From Spirochaetia bacterium (GTDB lineage Bacteria; Spirochaetota; Spirochaetia; SZUA-6; Bin103), in contig OZ251573.1 in NCBI GenBank assembly GCA_965243545.1, forward strand, positions 2,539 through 66,538: a stretch of 64,000 bases of DNA, given 5' to 3'. The position numbers were made by a program, and so were the translations under genes. Every line of letters starts with the position of its first letter. The stretch's first letter is position 1. This document shows positions 9,812 to 21,150 of the stretch, one piece after another. The notes below the pieces were generated by a model. The model saw only the letters and a program-made list of their open reading frames with translations. It had not been told where the DNA came from and ran no database searches.

Positions 9812-10564
9812 TCACAGGTCCATCGCCACCTCGGCGCGCTTGCCGGCGCGCTTCAGCTTGGGCGAGCGCTGGATCATGGAGCGCACCATCCGATTGATCG
9901 GACGCAGCCAGCGCGGCAGGTCGCCATCGCGCAGGATGTTGAGAAACAGCACCACGCGCGGGCGCTCGCTCCTGTTCCACACCTCGTGCCGGTAGGTGTC
10001 GTCGAACAACACCCCCTCGCCTTCCCGCCAGTGGTACTCCCGGCCGCCGCAGACGATGTAGACCGGCGCGTCGTCCGGGACGATCAACCCCAGGTGGTAG
10101 CGGTACACCCCCCGGTAGAAGCCGCGGTGGGCCGGAATGTGCTTGCCGCCGTCCAGGATCGACAGCATGGCGGTGTCGACCTCCGGGATCTGCTTCAGCA
10201 CCTCGACCGTCTTGGGGGTGAGATTGACGTTGGTGTCGTGCCAGATGCCGTGCCCCTTGAGAAAGAAGGTGCGCCACGGGATGCCGTCGTTGCCGGAGAT
10301 CGGGGTCTGCAGCCGGTCGACCTCGTGAAACTGCGGGATCCGTTCCGGCTGGCGCAGCAACGCCTCCGCCTCGGCGCGGATCACCGGGTAGGCCGCTTCG
10401 ATCAGCCGGTGCTTGGGAAACGCCCGGTCCATGTCCACGAACGGCGGATTGCGCACGAACAGCGGCGTCACCAGGCTGTAGGCCAAGGCGATGACGCCGG
10501 GTTCGATGATGAAGACCGCCAGCCCCACCACCACCACGGCGCCGACCACGATCAGGAGTACCAC
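9812..10564 (-). CDS. Membrane-anchored aspartyl/asparaginyl beta-hydroxylase family 2OG-Fe(II) oxygenase
   Basis: N-terminal TM, IPAHRG..YRYHLGL, FDDTYRHEVWN, RVVLF. Confidence 0.85.
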   Translation of the reverse strand: MVLLIVVGAVVVVGLAVFIIEPGVIALAYSLVTPLFVRNPPFVDMDRAFPKHRLIEAAYPVIRAEAEALLRQPERIPQFHEVDRLQTPISGNDGIPWRTFFLKGHGIWHDTNVNLTPKTVEVLKQIPEVDTAMLSILDGGKHIPAHRGFYRGVYRYHLGLIVPDDAPVYIVCGGREYHWREGEGVLFDDTYRHEVWNRSERPRVVLFLNILRDGDLPRWLRPINRMVRSMIQRSPKLKRAGKRAEVAMDL

Positions 10565-10636
10565 CGCCGTACCTTAGTAACCCAAGCGGCCGGTCCGCGC
10601 AAGCGGCGCCCGCGCCGCTACGGTAGACTGCGGCGC

Positions 10637-11740
10637 ATGTTGACCATAGAAGGCTGTTCCCGGCGCCTCGACCGCGTGCGCTCCATCCTTGCCGACCGCG
10701 AACTCGATCTGCTGCTGCTGACCGACCCGTGCCACGTCTACTACGTCAGCGGCTGTCTGGCGCCGTGGTTCGCGCTCGGCGCCGCGGCGATCGGCGCGGA
10801 AGGCTCCGTGCTGGCCACCAGCGAGCCGCGCGAGGACGGCGCCGCCGTGGACGACGTGCGCGTGGCCGAGGCGCAGTCCAACGCGACCATCCGGCTCGAC
10901 CAGGCGGACGGCATCGCCGCGCTGCTGGCGGACCAGCTGGCCGGCGCGCGCCGCGTCGGCCTGGATCAGGGCGTGCTGGGGGCGGCCGTGCTCAACCGGC
11001 TCGACGCCGAGTTCACGGACGTCACCCCCGACCTGCTCCGCCTGCGCTCCCGCAAGGACGCGGATGAAGTCGAGCTGATCCGGGCCGCCGCGCGGTGCGT
11101 CGACGCCGCGTACGCCCGCGCCGCGCAGGTGATCGAACCGGGGCTGGACGAGCTCGCGCTGTACAACGCGCTGTCCGCGGCGGTGGTCGAGGAGGCGGGC
11201 GAGCTGCCGTTGCGGTTCGGGCAGGACTTTCAGTGCGGCGCGCCGGGCGGCCCGCCGCGGCGGCGGGCGGCGCGCGCCGGCGAACTGTGGATACTCGATC
11301 TGGGCGTCAACTACCGCGGCTACTACGCGGACGCCTCGCGCGTGTTCGCGGTGACCGAACCGACCGACGAGCAGGCGCGGGCGCATCGGCAGGCGGTCGA
11401 CACGCTGACCGAGGTGAAGCGTCTGGCGCAACCGGGCGCGGCCTGCATCGATCTCTACCGCCTGGCGCGCGAGCGCATGGACCGGATCGTGCCGGGCGGC
11501 ATGTTCCATCACCTCGGCCACGGCATCGGCCTGAGCCCGCACGAACCGCCCTATCTCAACCCGGCGTGGCCGGACGGCGTGCTGGAAGCGGGCAACACCA
11601 TCACCGTCGAGCCCGGCGTCTACGGCGCCGATCTGCGCGGCGGGGTGCGGGTGGAAGACGACCTGCTGGTGACCGACGGCGGCGCGCGCACGCTGATCCG
11701 CGCGCCGTATGACCTGCGCCCGCAGGAGCGCGCCGGCTGA
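10637..11740 (+). CDS. Xaa-Pro aminopeptidase family (M24B)
   Basis: LDLG..YYADASR, HHLGHGIGL..HEPP, TVEPG, RVEDD. Confidence 0.9.
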   Translation: MLTIEGCSRRLDRVRSILADRELDLLLLTDPCHVYYVSGCLAPWFALGAAAIGAEGSVLATSEPREDGAAVDDVRVAEAQSNATIRLDQADGIAALLADQLAGARRVGLDQGVLGAAVLNRLDAEFTDVTPDLLRLRSRKDADEVELIRAAARCVDAAYARAAQVIEPGLDELALYNALSAAVVEEAGELPLRFGQDFQCGAPGGPPRRRAARAGELWILDLGVNYRGYYADASRVFAVTEPTDEQARAHRQAVDTLTEVKRLAQPGAACIDLYRLARERMDRIVPGGMFHHLGHGIGLSPHEPPYLNPAWPDGVLEAGNTITVEPGVYGADLRGGVRVEDDLLVTDGGARTLIRAPYDLRPQERAG

Positions 11741-13143
11741 CGTTCTCCTGGCCGCTGCTGATCGACTTCGGTCTGATCGGCGTGGCGCTGGCGGCGGCCA
11801 CGGCCGCCCGCGCCCGCATCCGGTTCCTGCAGCGCTTCCTGATCCCCAACGCGCTCACCGCCGGCGCGCTGCTGTTCCCGTTCTACAACTGGGCCGCGCC
11901 GCTGGTCGGTCACGGCGCCGGCGGCGTCGAGCAGCTCACCTATCACCTGTTCAACGTGGCGATCATCGCGCTCGGCCTGCGCTCCCCCGCGCGGCGGCGC
12001 GGCCGGGCGATCACCGGATCGGCGGTGGTGATCCTGTCGCAGATCGCCCTGCAGGCGCTGGCCGGCCTGCTGCTCACCTTCGCGGTGATGCGGACGCTGC
12101 TGCCGGATCTCTTTCCCGGCTTCGGCATACTGGCGGCCCTCGGCCTGTCGCTGGGGCCGGGTCAGGCGTTCGCGATCGGCAGCGGATGGGAGGCGCTCGG
12201 TTTCGACGGCGCCAGCGGCATCGGCCTCACGTTCGGCGCGCTCGGCTTTCTGCTGGCCGGCATCGGCGGCGTGGCGCTCATCAACGCCGGCGTCCGGCGC
12301 GGGTGGATCGAGCGGCCGGACGGCTTGAGCGGACGGACCGGCGTGTTCGACGCGCGGCAGCCGGGGCCGGCGGCCGCCCGGCAACGGACGGAGCCGGACG
12401 CGATCGACTCGCTGTCGCTCTGGCTGGCGGTCGTGTTTGGCGTCTACCTGGCCAGCTACCTGCTGCTGACCGGCGTCACGGAGCTGCTCGCCCTGCTCGG
12501 ACCGCCCGGCGTGGAGCTGGCCGCCAACCTGTGGAGCATCGCCTTCATCTTCGGACTGCTCACCGCGCTGGCGGCGCGCGCGCTGGCCGACCGGTGCGGC
12601 GCCGCGCACCTGCTGGACGGCGGCGGGCTGACGCGGATCGCCGGCGGCGCGGTCGACTTCATGATCGCCGCCGGGCTGGCGTCGATCGGCATAGGCGTGG
12701 TCACCCGCTACTGGCCGCTGCTGGTGGTGTTCGCGCTTCTGATCGGCGCGCTGACGCTGGCGGCGCTGCTGTGGATCACGCCGCGGCTGTTCGCCGACCA
12801 TTCGTTCGAGCGGCTGCTGATGTTCTACGGCAGCCTGACCGGCACCATCACCACCGGCATGGCCCTGGTGCGGGTGGTCGACCCGGAGCTGCGCACGCCG
12901 GCCGCCTCCGACTACTGCTACGCCTCCGGGCTCACGTTCGTCCTGGCGATCCCGCTGCTGCTGGCCCTCAACCTGCCGGTCGCCACCGCCGGCTACGGGA
13001 CGGCCGCCGCCGTGCTGGCGGCCTACGCGCTGGCGCTGGCCGCCGCCTTCCGCCTGTTGGCCGGCGGCAACCGGAAGCGGGCCGGAACGGCCGGGAACGG
13101 GCCGGCGGCAAACCGGCGTCCCGAACGTGTAACCAGGGACTGA
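11737..13143 (+). CDS. gltS: Sodium:glutamate symporter (GltS family), probable CTG start
   Basis: LQRFLIPNALTAG, GPGQAFAIG, YGSLTGTITTGMALVRVVDP; AGGAG 8 nt before in-frame CTG. Confidence 0.8.
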   Translation: MTFSWPLLIDFGLIGVALAAATAARARIRFLQRFLIPNALTAGALLFPFYNWAAPLVGHGAGGVEQLTYHLFNVAIIALGLRSPARRRGRAITGSAVVILSQIALQALAGLLLTFAVMRTLLPDLFPGFGILAALGLSLGPGQAFAIGSGWEALGFDGASGIGLTFGALGFLLAGIGGVALINAGVRRGWIERPDGLSGRTGVFDARQPGPAAARQRTEPDAIDSLSLWLAVVFGVYLASYLLLTGVTELLALLGPPGVELAANLWSIAFIFGLLTALAARALADRCGAAHLLDGGGLTRIAGGAVDFMIAAGLASIGIGVVTRYWPLLVVFALLIGALTLAALLWITPRLFADHSFERLLMFYGSLTGTITTGMALVRVVDPELRTPAASDYCYASGLTFVLAIPLLLALNLPVATAGYGTAAAVLAAYALALAAAFRLLAGGNRKRAGTAGNGPAANRRPERVTRD

Positions 13144-13160
13144 TCCGGCTGTTTAGTTTG

Positions 13161-13232
13161 CATACCTATCACGAAGGAATCTCGCCTTCGGGCCCCTGGG
13201 GTTTCACCTCCTTTACCCAGGGGCCTTTTTTT
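13161..13232 (+). ncRNA. Candidate small RNA or 3'UTR element with two hairpins and an anti-SD loop
   Basis: CGAAGG/CCTTCG hairpin 13172-13190; second hairpin loop contains CACCTCCTTT; T7 tail. Confidence 0.45.
13191..13232 (+). terminator. Rho-independent terminator
   Basis: GGCCCCTGGG / CCCAGGGGCC 10-bp stem followed by TTTTTTT. Confidence 0.85.
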
Positions 13233-13287
13233 GCGCCCTGACGTCTGAGCGCCTGCCGGTTCGCGGCGGCGCGCGCGGGCGCCGGGG

Positions 13288-15440
<2,153 letters not shown>

Positions 15441-15494
15441 TGATGGTCGATCGCCGCCGCGCACCGCCGGCGGCGCCATCTAGTATATTGCGTT

Positions 15495-18062
15495 TTGCCG
15501 ACCGTGACAGCCGCCCGACCCTCCGCCCGTTCCCTGCGCGCCGCCGACGCCATACTCCGGCATTCCCGCGCCATCCTCATCGGCTGGGTGGCGGTCACGG
15601 CCGCGCTCGGCCTGGCCGCCATGGGCGTCCGCATCGACCCGGAAGTGGTCCGGCTGCTGCCGCGCGACGATACGGCGCAGCGCCTGCTCGACACCTACGG
15701 CGCGGCCGACAAGGACCTCAACTACCTGATCGTGGTGCTGCGCGCGGACGATCCGTTCGCGGTCGACAGCCTGCAGGCGCTGGAAGAGGCGGACCGCGCC
15801 ATCTCCGCCGATCCGCTGGTCGTCTCCGCGGTGACGCCGCTCAACCTGCCGGCCTTCCGGCTCGACGGCCAGCGGCTGCAGCTGGCGCCGGCGCTCGCGG
15901 ACGGCCGCGCGCCGGCCTCCGTTGCGGAGGCGGAGCGGGTGCGGGCGGCGCTCCGCGACGCGCCGGAGGCGCGCAATCTGGTGCTGGCCGCCGACGGCGC
16001 GGCGCTGGCGCTGCTGTACGCGGTGGCGGTGATCCCCGACTACCAGCGGTTCATGGCGTCGATCGAGCCGGCGCTCGACCGGCTGCGCGAGCATTACCAG
16101 GTGACCCTGGCCGGCTGGATACCGCTGCATCAGGCCACGCTGGCCGCGCTGCAGCGCGATCCGCCGATCCTGGGCTTGCTGGCCGCCGGCGTGCTGGTCC
16201 TGACGCTGCTGGTGGCGCTGGGACGCTTGCCGGTCACCATGGCGGTGGTCGCGGTGGCCGGCAGCGCCGCGGTCTGGTCGACCGGATTGATGCGGCTGAC
16301 CGGCGTGCCGATCGGCATCATCACCCTGGTGGTGCCGATCCTGGTGATCGCCCTCACCAGCTCCTACGGCGTGCACTTGGCGTTCCGCTCCGGCCGCGGC
16401 GCGGACGACGTGCCGGCCGCCGCGGCGTCGGTGTTCCGGCCGGTGACGCTGGCGGCGGCGACCACGGTCGCCGGCTTTCTGACCCTGGTGCTGTCGAGCG
16501 TGCCCCGGCTGCGCGAGTTCGGGTTGATCTCGGCCGCCGGCGTCGCCATCGGCGCGTCGCTGTGCCTGATCGTGCTGCCGGCGGCGCTCGGCCAGCTCCG
16601 CCTCCGGCCGCGCCCGGGCCGGCCGGGGGGCGTGCTGGCCGTCCTGCAGCGGGCGGCCGTGCACCTCACCGCCCGCCCCCGGGCGGCCCTGATCGGCGCC
16701 GCGCTGGTGCTGGCGCTGTTCGCGGTTGCGGCGCCGGCGATTCGGTACGAGACCGACTTTGCCGGCCACGTGCGCGGCGAAAGCGACGCGGTGGCCGCCA
16801 ACGCCGAGTTCATGCGCGACTTCGGCGGCTTCATCGATCTCAACGTGACCCTGCAGGCGCCGGACGACACGGCGCGCTACTTTACGCATCCGCACGTGCT
16901 GGCTGCCGTGGAGGACCTGGAAGCGCGGCTTTCCGGCCACCCCGACGTCAGCCACCTGTCGTCGTTCACGACCAGCGTGGCGGCGTTGCGGCGCGCGGCC
17001 GGCGCGTCTCCCGAACCCCTGTCGGATGCCGACCGGCCGCTCATCGAGCTGGCGGCGCGCCTCAGCGCGCTGACCGCCGAGGCCCGCTCCGGCCCCGGAT
17101 TGGGCGACGACGGGCAGACCCTCACCAGCCGCCTCTGGGTGCTGGACGGATCGACCGGCGGCTACCTGTACGAACGCGGCATGTCCGAGCTGGCCGCCTT
17201 CGTCCGCCAGGCGGTGGACGAAACGTTGCCGGAGGTGGAGGCGGACCTGTGGGGCTGGAGCATGTTCACGTTGCGGCTCTCCGAGCTGCTGCGGCGCGAC
17301 CAGATCGTCACCACCATCTGCAGCATGGTGCTGGTGGTGCTGCTGACGGCGGTCGCGCTCCGCTCCTTCCTGCTCGGCCTGGCGGCGGTGGCGCCGCTGG
17401 CGATCGGCATCATGGCGACCGCCGCGCTGATGGCCGCCGCCGGGCTGCCGTTCGACGCGCTGTCGGTGATGGTCGCCAGCCTGGCGATCGGCATAGGCAT
17501 CGACGACGCGCTCCACCTGCTGGTCTGGTACCAGCGCGAACGGACCGGCGGCGCCGGCCCGCAGCAGGCGGTGCGCGCCGCGGTGGCGCACGCCGGTTGC
17601 CCGATCCTGGTCACCTCGGCGGCGATCTGCTTCGGCATGCTGGGCTTGGTGGTATCGACCTTCATTCCGGTCGCCCGCTTCGGGCTGCTGTTGAGCGTCG
17701 CCATCGCCGCCACCACGGCCGGCGCGCTCAGCGTGCTGCCGGCCCTGCTCACCCGCTTCGCCGGCGCGCCGCGGTCCGGGTCAGCGGCGGACCAGCCGTC
17801 CGTAGTAGAGCCGCAGCAACAGCTGCAGCCACGGCGAGTGCCACGACGCGTCCATCCGGTGGTCCATAAACGCGTCGGCCGGAGCGGGAACGTACGGCTG
17901 GTACCCCAAGCGTCGTTCGAACATGCGGGCCGGCATGATCGCCACCTGCTGTCGGCGGCCGGCGAACGCGCGGTCGACCGCGCCGGAGAGGAACATCGGT
18001 CCGGTGCCGAAGGCTATCGAGAGCTCCTTGTGGAACCGAAGGAACGCCGGCCGCCGCGGTAG
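15495..18062 (+). CDS. MMPL/RND family exporter
   Basis: Two TM halves with periplasmic loops, TTVAGF, GIGIDDALH; recognisable domain ends near 17770, frame runs to 18062. Confidence 0.85.
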   Translation: MPTVTAARPSARSLRAADAILRHSRAILIGWVAVTAALGLAAMGVRIDPEVVRLLPRDDTAQRLLDTYGAADKDLNYLIVVLRADDPFAVDSLQALEEADRAISADPLVVSAVTPLNLPAFRLDGQRLQLAPALADGRAPASVAEAERVRAALRDAPEARNLVLAADGAALALLYAVAVIPDYQRFMASIEPALDRLREHYQVTLAGWIPLHQATLAALQRDPPILGLLAAGVLVLTLLVALGRLPVTMAVVAVAGSAAVWSTGLMRLTGVPIGIITLVVPILVIALTSSYGVHLAFRSGRGADDVPAAAASVFRPVTLAAATTVAGFLTLVLSSVPRLREFGLISAAGVAIGASLCLIVLPAALGQLRLRPRPGRPGGVLAVLQRAAVHLTARPRAALIGAALVLALFAVAAPAIRYETDFAGHVRGESDAVAANAEFMRDFGGFIDLNVTLQAPDDTARYFTHPHVLAAVEDLEARLSGHPDVSHLSSFTTSVAALRRAAGASPEPLSDADRPLIELAARLSALTAEARSGPGLGDDGQTLTSRLWVLDGSTGGYLYERGMSELAAFVRQAVDETLPEVEADLWGWSMFTLRLSELLRRDQIVTTICSMVLVVLLTAVALRSFLLGLAAVAPLAIGIMATAALMAAAGLPFDALSVMVASLAIGIGIDDALHLLVWYQRERTGGAGPQQAVRAAVAHAGCPILVTSAAICFGMLGLVVSTFIPVARFGLLLSVAIAATTAGALSVLPALLTRFAGAPRSGSAADQPSVVEPQQQLQPRRVPRRVHPVVHKRVGRSGNVRLVPQASFEHAGRHDRHLLSAAGERAVDRAGEEHRSGAEGYRELLVEPKERRPPR

Positions 18063-18536
18063 CCGGCGCAGCACCTGCAGCCACTCATCCAGACCCGGCT
18101 CCATGCCGACGATCGCGTTGCTGATCAGCCGGCGCGTGCCGCACGCCAAGCCGATCAGAACGCGGTCGAGCCCGGCGAACGGCAACGCCGAGGCGATCAC
18201 CCGCGCGTCCGGCGCCAACGCCGTGAGCTGGTCGAGCGGTCGGAGCGCCATCGCGTCGACGTCGGCGTAGAAGCCTCCCCGGTCGTACAGCACGAACAGC
18301 CGGCCGGCGTCGGCGCGCTGGTGCAGGTGCCGGTAGCGGTCGTAGGTCGGCAGGAACCAGGCGTGGCGCGCGGCGATCAGCGCGCGTAGCGCCGCCCCGT
18401 CCCACAGGCGGTACTCGTAGTCCGGATTGAGCCGCCGCCACGAGCGCTGCAGCGCGGCCAGCCGCGGCGGCAGGCGGTGCTGGCCCTGTATCCAGATCTG
18501 GTGGAGGCGGCGGGGAATGCCGGACCGCTCACCCAC
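17781..18536 (-). CDS. Glycosyltransferase family 32 (DXD, Och1/TcdA-like)
   Basis: IPRRLHQIW, NPDYEYRLW, RADAGR..GGFYADVD, TGPMFL, ASW. Confidence 0.85.
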   Translation of the reverse strand: MGERSGIPRRLHQIWIQGQHRLPPRLAALQRSWRRLNPDYEYRLWDGAALRALIAARHAWFLPTYDRYRHLHQRADAGRLFVLYDRGGFYADVDAMALRPLDQLTALAPDARVIASALPFAGLDRVLIGLACGTRRLISNAIVGMEPGLDEWLQVLRRLPRRPAFLRFHKELSIAFGTGPMFLSGAVDRAFAGRRQQVAIMPARMFERRLGYQPYVPAPADAFMDHRMDASWHSPWLQLLLRLYYGRLVRR

Positions 18537-19812
18537 GCGCCGCGGTCCGGCGCGCGGTCAGGTACCGGTCGATCAGCCGCACCGCCGCCGCCACGCCGTC
18601 TTCGGCGCGCAGCCGCGAGCCGAGATCGGCCGCCCGCTCCCGCATCGACGGCGATGCTAGCACGGCCCGCAACCGGCCGGCCAACCGGGCGGCGTCGAGC
18701 TCGGCCATCGGCAGCGGGGCCGGACCGGCCCCCAGCGCCGCCACCCGCCGCCCCCAGAAGAACTGGTCGGCGAAGAACGGCGCCACCACCGCCGGCACGC
18801 CGGCCGTCAGGCCGGCCGCCACCGTGCCGGCGCCGCCGTGATGCACGGCGGCGGCCACCCCCGGCAGCGCGCGCGCGTGGGAAAAGCCTTCCGCGGCCAG
18901 CACGTCCGCCGCGCGCAGGCGCGGCGGGAGCGCGCCGGCGGCGGTCGCCAGCAGCCCGCGGCGGCCGGTGCTGCGCAGCGCGCCGACCACCTGCGCCAGC
19001 ACGCGCGCCGGGTTGCGGGCGGTCATGCTGCCGAAGCCCACGAACACCGGCGGCGGCCCGGCGCGCAGGAACGCGGCGACCCGGGCGTCGGCGCGGCTCC
19101 ACAGGTCCCGCGGCGGCGCCGGCCAATAGCCGGTGGCGTGGTGCCACGCCGGCCAGTCGGCCGGCGGCGGTACGACCAGACGGCTGAAGCCGTACAGCAC
19201 CGGCACGCGGCCGGTATACAGGCGGCCGGCCGGTCCGAACGGGCCGGCGCCGGGCAAGCCGACGCTGCGGCGCCACCGCCGGTACCGCGACCGGTACGGC
19301 AGCCACAACGCCTGCTCCATCAGCCGGTACGACAGCCGGTTGCCGCGGCGGCCGAGCCGCGCGCCCTGCGGGACCAGGAACGCCGGCCAGGCGCCGGTGC
19401 GGGTCACCGGCTGCTGGCCGACGACGATGGTGGGCAGCTGCAGACGCTCGGCGACGTGCGCGGCGAACGATGCGAACGGCGTGTGCAGGATCGCCGCGCA
19501 GGACCGGCAGGCGGCGTGCGTCTCGTCCAGCACCGCGCGCAGCAATGGGCGGGCTATGCGGACCAGATGCGCGGCGAAGCGCAGTCCGCTGCCGCCCGAC
19601 TCCAGCCAGCGCCGGCCCTCCTCGTCCTCCGGTATCGCCGCCGGGTCGCCGCTGAGCGGCGCAAAGTCGAGTCCGGCGCGGCCGGCGTCCGGCGCGTAGG
19701 CGGCGTGCGTGACCAGCACCACCCGGTAGCCGGCGCCGGCCAGTCCGGCGCCGAGCGTGATGAGCGGACCGACGTCGCCCCAGGAACCGATGGCGACGAT
19801 GGCGATGCGCAT
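18529..19812 (-). CDS. GT1 glycosyltransferase, sterol 3-beta-glucosyltransferase-like
   Basis: GSWGDVGP, VFVGFGSM, HHGGAGT, PFFADQFFWG. Confidence 0.88.
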   Translation of the reverse strand: MRIAIVAIGSWGDVGPLITLGAGLAGAGYRVVLVTHAAYAPDAGRAGLDFAPLSGDPAAIPEDEEGRRWLESGGSGLRFAAHLVRIARPLLRAVLDETHAACRSCAAILHTPFASFAAHVAERLQLPTIVVGQQPVTRTGAWPAFLVPQGARLGRRGNRLSYRLMEQALWLPYRSRYRRWRRSVGLPGAGPFGPAGRLYTGRVPVLYGFSRLVVPPPADWPAWHHATGYWPAPPRDLWSRADARVAAFLRAGPPPVFVGFGSMTARNPARVLAQVVGALRSTGRRGLLATAAGALPPRLRAADVLAAEGFSHARALPGVAAAVHHGGAGTVAAGLTAGVPAVVAPFFADQFFWGRRVAALGAGPAPLPMAELDAARLAGRLRAVLASPSMRERAADLGSRLRAEDGVAAAVRLIDRYLTARRTAARG

Positions 19813-19875
19813 CCCGGTCTCGTGCCGCTCCCTTCCGCTCCCCGGCTGCCGCTCAGCTCAACCGCTTCACGGCGG

Positions 19876-20046
19876 TCACGTCCTGGCGGGCGGGCCGTCC
19901 AAGCCCGAACGAAGTTCGCCGCGGCGCTCCGGCCCCGCTTCCGGGAGCAGCACGCGCAGTCCCGCCTCGGTCAGCTCCTTGGCCGCCCAGCCGCCGGTCG
20001 CGCCGGAGCCGACCACGATGGCGTCGGCGTCGTTCACGCGGCTCAT
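19876..20046 (-). pseudogene. Truncated duplicate of the GMC oxidoreductase 5' end (56-aa ORF)
   Basis: MSRVNDADAIVVGSGATGGWAAKELTEAGLRVLLPEAGP then unrelated sequence and TGA. Confidence 0.85.
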
Positions 20047-20075
20047 GGAGCCGTTCTCGACCCGGCGGCCGGCGC
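19929..20075. repeat. About 147-bp direct repeat, copy 1 (copy 2 at 22695-22841)
   Basis: Near-identical sequence at an offset of 2766 bp. Confidence 0.9.
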
Positions 20076-21062
20076 GCTCCGCCCGCCGCCGTCCGCCGGA
20101 CGCTCACCGTCCGCCAGCCAAGCGATCTGCTGCGGGCTGAGGGTGAGCGCCGCGTCCGCCCGCAGGCCGGCCAGCCGGTCCGGCCGCCGCGTGCCGACGA
20201 TGGCGTGCACGTTGCTCCCGTGCGCCAGCACCCAGGCGAGCGCAGCCTGCGCCGGCGTGCAGCCGATCCGTTCCGCCAGCTCGGTGAGGCGGCGGAGGCG
20301 CGCGTCGTTGGCGGCGCCCCGGTACGCCCGGCTGCGGGCGCGGCGGCCGGGCGCGCGCAACCAGCCGCTGCCGAGCGGCGACCACGCCAGCACCGCGGCG
20401 CCGGCCTTCCGGTACGCGCGCAACGCCTTGGCGCCGGCCGGCCCGCCGAGCGACACGCTGCCCCACGGGTACGGCGCCGTCACCCACTGCGGCAGGCTCA
20501 ACTGCGGACTGGTGGCGGCCGGCGGCGGCATTCCCCGGTTCACGGCCAGCGCGCTCAGCGCCGCGAACCGCTCATGGGTCCAGTTCGACACCCCGTAGGC
20601 GCGGATGCGCCCGTCGGCGACGAACGACCGGAGCGTCTCCGCAATCGGCGCGAGCGGCGCTCCGGGCGCGTCCCGGTGCAGCAGATAGAGGTCGAGTCGA
20701 TCGGCGCCGAGCCTCCGTAGCGACCCGCGCAGGTCGCGTTCCAGATCGGATCGCCCGAGCCGCGGGCGGCCCCAGAGCGACGGATGGCCGCCCTTGCTGA
20801 TCAGAAAGATCCGGTCGCGGTTCCCGGTGCGCCGCAGCCACTCGCCGATCGCCCGCTCGCTGCCGCCGAACTGATACATCGCCGCGGTGTCGAACGCGCG
20901 GATGCCCACCTCGAACGCGCGGTCCAGGAGCGCGAACGCCTGCGGCCCGCGCGCCGATCCCGGCAGCGCCGCGGCGCCCAGGGCGATCCGGGCCGTGCCC
21001 AGGATCAGCCGCGACGGGAAAGCCGGCGCCGGCCGGTCAGGCGTTGGCGCGGAACTTCGCAC
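20043..21062 (-). CDS. Aldo/keto reductase
   Basis: FDTAAMY, SERAIG, ISKGG, LDLYLLHRD, GVSNW, WSPLG. Confidence 0.9.
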   Translation of the reverse strand: MRSSAPTPDRPAPAFPSRLILGTARIALGAAALPGSARGPQAFALLDRAFEVGIRAFDTAAMYQFGGSERAIGEWLRRTGNRDRIFLISKGGHPSLWGRPRLGRSDLERDLRGSLRRLGADRLDLYLLHRDAPGAPLAPIAETLRSFVADGRIRAYGVSNWTHERFAALSALAVNRGMPPPAATSPQLSLPQWVTAPYPWGSVSLGGPAGAKALRAYRKAGAAVLAWSPLGSGWLRAPGRRARSRAYRGAANDARLRRLTELAERIGCTPAQAALAWVLAHGSNVHAIVGTRRPDRLAGLRADAALTLSPQQIAWLADGERPADGGGRSAPAAGSRTAP

Positions 21063-21150
21063 AACGTTGATCGCTTCGGCAGAGGATCACCGGTACCGGA
21101 CAACCATCCATATCCTCGGCTGACCCTAACACTATCCCGCCGGCTGCGGC

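Noticed and set aside
9812-10564. lpxO lipid A hydroxylase
   Set aside because: Has HRG rather than the HRD motif and no C-terminal TM helix; only the family-level call is supported.
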